Source of the DNA: Rhizaria sp. SCN 62-66
Taxonomy: Eukaryota
Direction of reading: 5' to 3'
Length of the DNA stretch: 47,138 nucleotides
Assembly (NCBI GenBank): GCA_001724265.1
Contig: MEDY01000232.1
Coordinates: forward strand, 1-47,138
In this document: piece by piece, positions 22,945 through 32,900 of the stretch
Layout: the number at the start of each line of letters is the position of its first letter
Numbering within the stretch: the stretch's first letter is position 1
Position numbers and translations under genes: made by a program
Notes under the pieces: model-generated
Database searches by the model: none
Seen by the model: only the letters and a program-made list of their open reading frames with translations
What the model was told of the DNA's origin: nothing

Positions 22945-24816
22945 TCACTGCTGCAGAGGCCGCAGATTGCCCGCGGCCTCGTTCTCCATGAACGCATTAA
23001 TCACCGCCGTGGCCATCATGCGGAAGACAACCGTGCGCAGCAGTCGCCGGTCGCTGCGGAAGGACTGCGCGACGGGGGGCGGCGGCAGGACCGTGAACCC
23101 CCCGCCTGCTCCCATGCCGCCTCGGCTGCCCGCAGCAGTCGCGTTGCCGCCGCTGTTGCGGCCAATGGGGCCGTAGGCGCTCGTGGCCGCCGCAAGGGGG
23201 TTTACAGCAGGCTTGGCCACTCCAGCGGCGGTCGATGGCTCTGCCTGAGGGCGATCGTTGATGCCGTCAGCATATTCGGCGCCGTTGTCGTCAACAGAGC
23301 CAGCGTCGTCACCCTCACCGTCGCTGCCGTCATCGTCGTCACTGTCAGTGTCGGCATCACCTTTCCTCCCAGTCTTCGCAGTATCAGTCTCACGCTCAGG
23401 CGCAGGCTGAGAGGCACCGTTCCGACCCACAGTCTTTGGCCCACTCGGAGCGCGTCCCCCGGTGCCGAGCGCTGCCATCCGCTTTTTGGCAGGCTTGGGC
23501 AGCAGCGGCAGCAGCCCCGTGGTGACAAGCCGGGCCAGGAACGCCTCCGAGTCGGCCACGAACCGAGCCGGCTAGGTGTAGAAAAACCCATGCGACCACT
23601 CGCTGCCGCCCCTGCCCCTGCTGACCTGAGACGCCGCTGCGCGGGCCGCCAGCGCGCCGCCGCCGGCCAGCCGGGCGCTCACGCTCACGGCACCCGCGCC
23701 GCGGCCGATGTGGAGCGGCGTGTCGCCGTCGATGCTGCTCGTAACGACCAACCCGCCGGCGCCGCCGCCAGAGCCGCTGCCGCCAGAGCCGCCGTCACCG
23801 GCCGTGCGCGGCACGTGGGCGAACCGCAGCGCGGCCTAGAAGCTCTGCTCCGGGATAGCCAGCGAGCTGCGGAGCGCGCGCGCCTGCTGCAGCGCGCGCT
23901 GCGCGAACTGCGCGTCCTCTGACTTGGCCTCCGCGTCAACGACAAAGGTGTCAGCGCTGCTGCTGCTGTTGTTCTCTAAGGAGAGACGGCTGAGGAGCCA
24001 CTTTTTGGGGACTTGTTGCGCTGTTTTGACCGCGGCGAAGGGGTTCACACAGTCGCTCGGCGCGTCCGTCAGCTCGGACTCATCTGCTGCAGCGCTGTTG
24101 CTGTTAGCGCGCCAACTGTTAAACGTGGGTAAGTACCCCCTTAGATGCACGGGGTAACCGTGGGCGAGCTGCTCGAGCACTGAGCGCCACGCCGACAGCG
24201 ACGAGTGCGCAAACCACCGCGTGCGGCGGCACCCCTCGCTGTGCTGCCCGGTCTGCGCCTGCACCTGTGCACTGTTCTGCGCGTTGTCAACGTTGTCAGC
24301 GCTTGGGTCAGCGCCGTCGTCGTCATCGATGCCGCCGGCGACAATGCGTGCGTAGACGTCGTCAAGCCTCACGCGCAGCATCGCAGCCTTGGTCGCGGGG
24401 CTCCAGCGCCCGCACGCAGAGCAAACGGGATACGCGACGTTGCTAACGTTCGCAGCAACGTCCTGCGCACGAGCGTCGTCAACGCTAACAGGGTTGCAGC
24501 GCGCGCAGGGCACGGAGCGCCAGACGGTGGCGAGGTCGTCGCCGTACTCTTCGAAGAAACAGCGGAATGTGAGCGTCTCCTGCTTGAGCCGCGAGCGCAG
24601 CAGCACGCGGTCGCGCCACATCGTCTCCAGCATTTCGGGGGGCCAGATCGAGTGCCTCAGCGACGCCACGGCGTCCGTGTCCACGTCCGTACACTGTGCC
24701 ATGTGCGCCGCGGTGGCCTGCGCAATGGAGGTGAGTCCACAGCAGTCGCAACCGCCGCCGAGCACGGAGTCGGTGATGACGCGCTCCTCCACCCACTGGT
24801 CGCTGTAGGAGCTCAT
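22945..24816 (-). CDS. Hypothetical protein, ~623 aa, with N-terminal CDCCG and two CxxC pairs; two in-frame TAG codons (23838-23836, 23574-23572)
   Basis: ORFs 23836..25011, 23572..23814 and 22945..23559 lie in one frame and are separated only by single TAGs. Likely start ATG 24816 (MSSYSDQWVEER), where the sequence shifts from AT-rich to GC-rich. Ends TGA. Confidence 0.72.
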
Positions 24817-25154
24817 TGACCTGCGACCTGAATACATAAAAAGAGAAAATAAAAGGAAATAAAACGTTGGTATACTAGGGTACTTCAGAATGTAATAATG
24901 ACGATCACAAATGGTGCTGTTGATGCAACGAGATCTTGTGGTGGACGGTGACCGTGAGCAACGGCTCGGCGCCCGACCGAGAAGACCGTTTCTCCCCGTC
25001 CTAAGCCCCAAACTTTGGCTTTGCTATACGAGATAATTCTTCGTAATCAGGAAATGCGAGTCACACTGTGTATTGGCGCTATCTATTTCTTTGTTGAATT
25101 TTAATCAGTTCCTCTCACTCCCCAATCTACCCCTGGATTTGCACCTCGCGCAGG
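24817..25154. promoter_or_regulatory. Short divergent intergenic region, probable bidirectional promoter
   Basis: 338 bp, lower-GC spacer between start codons at 24816 (-) and 25155 (+). Confidence 0.5.
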
Positions 25155-26733
25155 ATGGCCGAATCGGGCTACTACGACATCCTTGGTCTTCAACGGACCA
25201 GCACCAACAACGAGGTCAAGGATGCTTTCCGGAAGCTCTCCCTCAAGTGGCACCCCGACAAGCACGACGACAAGGCTAAGACCCTTGCCGAGCAGAAGTT
25301 CCGCCAGATTGCCGAGGCCTACACCGTCCTTTCCGACCGTACGTTGCAACCCCAACTCTCTCCTCTCGCTGATCAGTTTCTGTCTCGCCAAGGCCAAGAA
25401 TCGTTCATTTGGGTTGAATTTTTTGTGTTTTGTTATGGTTTTATTCATGATATATTGCCGTGCGCTGGTTGTGTTTTGTCCTCTTGCTCTACTCATTCTT
25501 TGACCCAACTGTCTTTCAATCACCACCTCTGCATCTGCACCTGCTCATCACCCTTTGCGCTCCCTCACCCGCACTTACGCACACACTCGGTCCACCCTTA
25601 CAGTGCGTCTCCGCGCCCGCTACGACCAGTACGGCATGGGCGGTCTGACTGGCGGCGAAGCTGGCTCTGCTGCAGGCGGCGGTACGTTCCCTTGCCCAAT
25701 CCTCTCGCTTCTCCTAGTCACATCACTTTAACGCTCTGACTGACCCTTTAACAATGTCCAGTCACATCGAAATCAAACTATATTGTAGGCATCCTTATAT
25801 CCCCGTATTTTAACTTGCGCACCTCATTGTTTCTTTCATATCATGTCATATTCGCATTTGTTTTCTGCCCGTCACAGAGTCCACGTGGACCTTCCAGGAG
25901 GACCCGCACTCTGTCTTCACCGCCTTCCATGGCACGGCCTCGCCGTTCGCGGCCGCGCTGTCGACGGAGCTGCTGTTCCGCGACCCGCGCGAGGAGAAGC
26001 AGCCCCAGTGCCCGCCTCTTGAGGTCAACCTCTACCTCTCGCTCGAGGAGCTCTACCAGGTACGCTTGTTTACAACCAACGAACAATAACACGCATCCGA
26101 AGAGCTATATCGAGAGCTGTTGAGTCGGAACTAAGCATTTACATTTTTACTATGTTAAGATTATTATTTTTGCTAAGTATTTTACGAAGTATTTACCTTG
26201 TTCTTATCATTACGCATTTTGTTCTTCTAATTCATTTCCAGGGCGCGTCCGTCAAGGTCAAGGTGACCCGCTCCGCGCTGCAGCCCAACCTGACGACCAC
26301 GGCCCCCGAAGACCGCATCCTGACCGTGGCCGTGGCGCCCGGCTGGCGCGCCGCCACCAAGCTTACCTTCCCCGGCGCGGGCGATGAGGCGGCTTCACTT
26401 AAGGCGGGCGACGTCGTGCTCACGGTCCTCGAGAAGCCGCACCCGCGGTTTACGCGCGTCAAGAACGACTTGGTGCACACGGTGACGCTGTCGCTGCTCA
26501 AGGCGCTGACGGGCACCGTGGTCGAGGTGCCCACGCTGGACGGACGCGTGCTGGCCGTGCCCGTGACCGACGTCGTGTCCCCCGGGTACGTCAAGATCGT
26601 GCCGGGCGAGGGCATGCCTGTCAGCGGCAAGGAGGGCAAGAAGGGGAACCTGCAAATCAAGTTCGACGTTGTGTACCCGGCGGCGCTGAGCATCTCGCAG
26701 AAGGAGAAGCTCGCGCTCATCCTGCCGCAGTAA
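25155..26733 (+). CDS. DNAJB13: Type II Hsp40/DnaJ protein, DNAJB13/RSP16-like; exons 25155-25338, 25604-25681, 25878-26059, 26242-26733; ~311 aa
   Basis: J-domain (YYDILG...KWHPDK...AEAYTVLSD/LRLRARYDQYG), short G/F linker (WTFQEDPHSVFTAFHGTASPF), LYLSLEELYQG and DnaJ C-terminal domain (PGWRAATKLTFPGAGD, VPTLDGR, PGEGMP). Three GTACG(T/C)...CAG introns splice in frame. Ends TAA. The subfamily call is less certain than the DnaJ call. Confidence 0.85.
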
Positions 26734-27282
26734 GCAGAGCGCGCGCAGATGATGCGGATGATACATGAGAGACTGGGGCGTTAGTAGATAGCGACGCCAG
26801 TCCGGAATGAAAATGAAAATCACATTATAACACACACGGTTACGTTAGCTTTTTTACACGGTACAGAGACAGGTTTCACTGTTATAAACCAAAATAAACC
26901 ATATTTTGCACACAATATCTCGATCTCAACTCTAAATGTTGTTGTCACACGGATTTATCTTCGCTTTTGATTGTTCGTTGCTGCGTTACTATCGCGTGTC
27001 CGCTCGCGGTGGCGACTCGAAAGGGTCAGGCTGGGAGACGTAGCAGGCAATATCTGAAATGACTCAGAGGGGCAGGACTTCCGACAGTGACCGTGCCACA
27101 AACATATGATATTAAATTCTACGTATTATTTTATCATCTTTCTTTTTTATTTTAACGTCGCTCATCGACTTGAGATATCTTCTGTTTCGTTCAACCCCAT
27201 TGCGCTCACGTTTGCCCCCCCGTTGCTCTCTCTTCATCCTTGCGCTCTACACCTTATCATTCACCAAGACCCGTCCCGTGCG

Positions 27283-28665
27283 ATGTCCACCGGTCTTTCC
27301 AGCGTGTACGTCATCGAAAATGACGTGAACAACGACCTGATCGCGTGGGGCTACCCCTCGATCGACGTCAAGGTAGAGTCGGTGCTCAAGGAGCGCTGCG
27401 GTCTCCACACCGCCAGCACGCTCGGCACCGCCTTCTGCTCGCGCTTCCAGGCCCACTGGCAGTACTTCCTGTCCGCGCCCGTTGCCGTCAAGGGTTCTAA
27501 GGTTGTCTCGGTCTCAATCGTGCTCCTGGCCGACCAGTACAACGTGCCCAAGTACGAGGCCCTGCTGGCGCTGCTGCTCAAGCAGTACCTCTCCTCACCC
27601 GCGCTGTCGATGGTGCCCGTGCAGCAGACTTTCCTGTCCGCCTACGCCGCTGGGAAGGTCGCGGTTGACGGCGAGAAGTGGGCCGACGCGGGTTTCGACG
27701 CGCGCCTCTCGCTCATCGCGCCGCTGCACGTGCTGGTCGAGGCGCTGGGCGTCGAGGCCGTGATGCTGTGGGTAGCCGTGCTGTGCAAGCAGCGCGTCAT
27801 CGTCCACCACACTAAGCACGACGAGCTCGCGCTGCTTGTGCGCGCCGTGCCCGCGCTGGGCGGTTGGCACCGCCAGCGCTGGTCCCACCTCCGACCCGTC
27901 ACCGGCCTCACCGAACCAGAGGTACGTTGCTGTGCGAGCATGACTGTTGACCCGGTTACCGGTTACAGAGCGCTTACAGCATTGATGTTTTTGTAGTTGT
28001 GTTGCTGTTGTTGAATTAGTTATATCTTTGTTCACTTTAATCGCGTGCACTCCTAATCTCACTGCAAATGATCGCCCTAACAAACCCTTACTTTCTTCGC
28101 TTTCTTTGTTCCTGATTGATCCTAGGTCGCGGACCTCAAGAGCGAGGGTGTGTACATCGCCGGCACGGTCTCCGCCTCTGCGCGCGACCGCCATGACCTC
28201 TGGGACCTCTACGTCGACATCCCCGCCCGGACAGTGACCGTGAACCCCAAGGTGCAGGCGATGTTCGCGATGGGTAAGTACCACAAGCAGGTCGCCGAGG
28301 CGTTCTTGCGCGCGTACGAGGCCGCGAACCCCGCCTCTGGGGCCTACGGCGACGCCGCGGCCGCTCAGGCGCTGATCAAGGCCGCCGCGGGCAAGACGCG
28401 GGAGCTCCTGGACCAGCTGCAGAGCTGCAAGGGCGAGCACGCCGACGGCGCCTACGTCACGCTGGCCGATCTGCAGGCCAAGAAGCTGCCGCCGAACATG
28501 GAGAGCTTCCTCATGAACGTCGCAGTCGCCGAGGGGATCACCAAGGGCGGCGCGAACGCCGGCGCTGCTCCAGCTGCCACCGCTGCTCTTACTGTCACTG
28601 CTGCTGCTGATGCGGCTGCGGATGCGGCTGTGCCGGAGGCGGAGGCCGTGGCTGCGGCCGAGTAA
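27283..28665 (+). CDS. DENND10: DENND10/FAM45-family protein; exons 27283-27921 and 28126-28665; ~392 aa
   Basis: Resembles FAM45: VIENDVNNDLIAWGYPS, YNVPKYEALL, GVEAVMLWVAVLCKQRVIVH, WHRQRWSHLRP, YIAG, LWDLYVDI, MGKYHKQVA, FLMNVAVAEG. Phase-0 intron 27922-28125 (GTACGT...CTAG). Ends TAA. Confidence 0.85.
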
Positions 28666-29962
28666 GTGGCGCCGTGTGCGATGTGAGAGGGATGAGAATA
28701 AGAACGTTTTGTGACGCAGGGCGGTCGCTCGAGTTTTGAATAGCCGGTCGGCTTATTAGTATATATCGATGTATTATGTATGCAGTTTGTAGTTATACCA
28801 GAAAAATGAACTTTTTCAAAAGGTTATTGTCAGAGCGCAATAAATCACACACTTAAACGATCAAGCCCTGTCGGGTGCATCTGTGACACGGCGCCGTCCC
28901 TGTCGGCCGTGTGGTATGATGTACTGAGATGATATTAGAACCAGCGACTAAGAGCTTCGACAACACGCCGTTTGACGTTGAGCAGCTCCAACACTTTGAG
29001 GCGCAAGGATAGTATTGAGTGCAATCCTCACGTGAGCGTGTCGATCGTAGATTTTAAGTTTCTGTACTAACAGAGTATTGCAGTCGGTGAAGAGGACTAA
29101 GTAAGCTCGAACTACAGCTCACGCGGAAGCAACATTTTGAATACATAAGAATAATCTTGTATTGCTTGTTTTGATCGACTTCACAATCTCTATCACGCAC
29201 TGGAGGACGCAAAACGAGCTTGTTGGTGTTCTACTAAACCACTCCAAAATATAAGAGAGATTACTGATTAATACATGTACAACGTGCGAGAGTGAAAGAG
29301 GATAGCAAAACATGGTATCGTCGAGTAAGAATACTGCAAGCGACGAGTTAAAAATAAAGTCGAACAAGTCCCACATGAACACTAGAGCTCACACACGCAC
29401 GCGAGTTAGCAACGTAGGTACGATGAAAAGCTGGTGATCATATGTTACCTGTTAAGATTAAAACTATATCTGCGTCAATACACAAGCTACGTGCATGTAC
29501 GGGGAGATACATGCGCGCACGCAGTCGTGCACAACAACAAATCTAGCTTAGAACAGCAAAAATAGGATGACGCAAAGATACAAGTCAATGCATAGGAGCA
29601 AAGACAAGGCTATGATTTAACGGCAAACTAAACTAAAAATAAAAATATTACGATAATACGAAAATACGGACATAAAAATCCACATAAGCGAAGATAAAAA
29701 GGATAACATGTTTTGGAATATTTTTCATGGAGCTCACCTCTGCGATGCATGCTCAAAAGCTCGCGAACAGTCGCTGCAATTGCCACTTACATCCAGATCG
29801 CTTCATTTCACATCATGGCACAGTCAATATCACTGTGACTGTGCCTCATATTGTGGAGCGAGAAAATCCTCGACCAGGCCGCTTGCCAGCCACGCCGGCC
29901 ACGGATCCTGACCCACTCAGGCCTGCAAGGGCTCCATTGACGAGCATCGTACTTTTACAAAT

Positions 29963-32900
29963 TTACGGTTTCGTCGTCTTTCCTCCATGCGCATTTGACG
30001 TCCTCACCAGGGCTCCATCGGAGCCGCCACCGCCCATGCCGCTCCCGTCGCTGCTGTTGCCGCAGACGTGATCGCTGTGGAACTCGGGAGTGGAGCTGGC
30101 GCGCTGCGTCGTCTCGCCAAGTGACGAGCTCCAGACGAACGCGTGGCCGCCACCGCCGCCAGGGACGAGAAGGGAGCTGTGGGCGCTCTGGGGCGAGGTG
30201 GAGGGCGTGCCGCCTGTCGGGGGAAGCTTGGTCGCTTTCAGAGCCTTGGTCGCAGCGGCTGCCGTGGCTTTGGCGTCCGCGATCGGGGCAGCGGGATCGT
30301 GCTCCCCGTCGCCGTCACCGAAGTGCACGATGTGCGCCTTGACGGGCACGTTTTCAGTCGCAACAGCGGTTAACTGCGAGAGGCCGTGGCCGCTGTCACT
30401 GCGGCGGCCACTGATGCTGCTGCTGCCGCTAATCGCCGGCTGCTGCTGCTGATGCGTGTGCTCTTGCGAGCCGCCGCTGACCGGCGAGGTCGTCGTCACA
30501 GTGTTGTGGAAAACGACGGGGTTCATGGCGTGCACGGGAGTCACAGCGCTGGGGTAGGTCATATTCACAGCGCCAGGAGGGACGCTGACTGCGTTGTCGG
30601 CGTTTTGGCGCAGGAGCATGTCGATGATCTGCAGCCGCAACTGCTGCTGCTGCAGCTTCTGCTGCTGCGTCAACGGCGGCGCAGACGCGGACGCCGACGC
30701 CGATGCGGCCGATAACAGCTGCTGCAGTTGCTGCTGTTGCTGGCTGTTAGGCGAGAGCGGCGCCGCGCCGTGCGGGGCGTGGGGGTTCACCGCATTGTCA
30801 CCAGCGAGGCCTGCAGTCGGCGGCGGCGTCTGCGTCAAGGGCTGCGTGTACTGAGGCTGGAGCTGCGGCTGACGCATCTGTTGTTGCAGCTGCAGCTGTT
30901 GCAACTGTTGCATCTGGTGCTGTTGCTGCGCCATCTGCTGCATCTGCTGTTGCTGCATCATGAACATGTGCTGCTGGTGTTGCTGCGCGAAGTGAGACAC
31001 GATCGCGTTATAGTTCTCCGTGTACAGCTGCATCTGCTGCTCCGTCGGTGGAGTGCCTGTGTCGTTCATAAACATCGACAGTGGCGGCGGCGGTGGCGTC
31101 GCGCTCGACACCACGGGCGACATACGCGGGTTCACCATGTGAGCACCGCTGCTGTTGAAGCCATGCGCACTGCCGTTGCGCGGTGATACCTGCGGAGACG
31201 TCCTGTTGGACGCGCTCTGCAGCGGCGACGCCGGCGGGACTGCGGTGGCGTCGCCGACACTGCGCGCCTTGCTCGCGGGCGAGCCGCGCGCCGAGTTGGG
31301 GACTGAGTTGTCGCCTGAGCGGCGGCCGTTGGCGCTCGCGCCGACGACTGCGTTGAGCAGGGGCACGACATCGATGTCGGGCAACGACGCGACCGCGTTT
31401 TGCTGCTGCGGCGGGCCGCGCAGAGAGACGGACTTCTCAGAACCGCGCCTCTTGTCGCGGCTGTGACTGCGGTTCGCGGTGCCAGGCTGCGTTTGCGCCG
31501 CACCGACGGCAGCGCTGGCGCCCATTCTCACGCTCGCGCTCGCGTTCGCAGCCGCTGCGGGGGCGTTCGCCGCCGGGCCTTCCCGGTCGTCGAGGTCGAG
31601 CCACGAGTACGTAAGCAGCGGCACGGGCGCCAGCGCCGGCGGGGCCCGCGCCGCGCGCGCCGTGGCCTGCGTGAGCGCGATCGGTGCCCAGCCCCAGGCC
31701 GAGGCGCTGGGGTCGTGGATGTCGCGGTCCTTGCCCGCGGCCGCGTTCAGCGCGCGGTTCGCGATCGCGATGACGATCTTCTTGTGCGACATCGCGCCCA
31801 TGTCGTCATTGCCAGCGCCGAGTGAGCCGCGCTTGGACATGGAGATAATGTCATTGTCCTTGTTGACGTCATCCGTCTGGCTGATGCTGCAGCGGCGTCC
31901 GTTGGTGTCCGTCGTGTTGACGGGGTCCAGAGCACGAGCCTTCCAAGTCGTGTCGCCGTTGTTCGCTCCGGCGGCAGAGGGAGAGCGCGCAAGCCCGCGG
32001 CTGCGCATCGCACGCAGCTGGGCCAGCACGCGCTCGCGCGCAAGCAGGATCATGGCGCGGCGGCGCTGGCGCATCTCGCGCGCGATCTCGCGGCGACGGC
32101 GGCCGTGGAGCCGCATGCGGATGTGCGCGACGCAGCCCGCGGCGACGGCGACGACGGAGAGACTGAGCGGTGTGGTGATGAACCAGTCGATCAGCACGCC
32201 GACGAGCGCGCCGACGGCCCACACCCACACGCCCGCGGAGCCGTCGCGCGCAGCGAGGCGGACTGAGAAGACGAGCGCGATGAGAATGCCGACGAGGGCG
32301 ATGCCGATGATCAGGGTGAGCTGTAGCAGTAACGCCGGCAGCAGAGTCCACGCACACACACTCTCGCGCTGCAGGTCGTACTCGTCTTGCTGGCACTGCG
32401 CGGGCTGAGCCAGAGCCGACGCGGAGGCCTGCTCAGCGACAACGCCACTTTGCAGAGCAGCCGCAGGAGCAGGAGCAGCGGCGGCGGTGCTGGTCTTGGT
32501 GTCGCGCTGCGAGCGAGCGCGCACGCGCCAGCAGCAGCAGCAGCCGCGCTTGCGGCGGCGCGAGCGCTGGGACTTGCTCTGCGAAGCGGCCGCAGCAGGA
32601 GCAGCGGGCGCAGCAGGCGCAGGAGCAGCAGAAGAGTTCGCGTTCGTCAGCGGCGTGATGACGGCCGTTGAGCCAGCCCGTGGCGCCGCCGGGGCGGCAT
32701 GCTTGACCGGACTGGGGTCGACGAAGCGCTCGTAGCAGCGCAGCACGTGCGCAGGGTCGACTGCGACCAGGATCACGAGCGCGCGCGCGATGAGTGCCTC
32801 CTCGCGGCGGCGCTGTGCCAGCTGCTCCTGGAGCTGGTACCCGGCGCCCTTGCCCGCGCTGAGCCCGCACAGGGGCACGCCCTCGTAGCACGCGGCCAGC

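Noticed and set aside
9594-23838. Calling the four TAG-containing genes pseudogenes
   Set aside because: No frameshifts and no internal TAA/TGA over about 6,700 codons, intact splice sites and conserved motifs downstream of the TAG. Not formally excluded without reads.
25339-25739. C-terminal part of the 194-aa DnaJ ORF, and the hydrophobic starts of ORFs 26152 and 27106
   Set aside because: Intron or UTR read-through; the spliced models give family-consistent proteins.
28666-29962. 1.3-kb AT-rich spacer with short ORFs (29119..29382, 29708..29911)
   Set aside because: Convergent 3' UTR/intergenic region; no convincing coding signal, terminal repeats or RNA structure seen.
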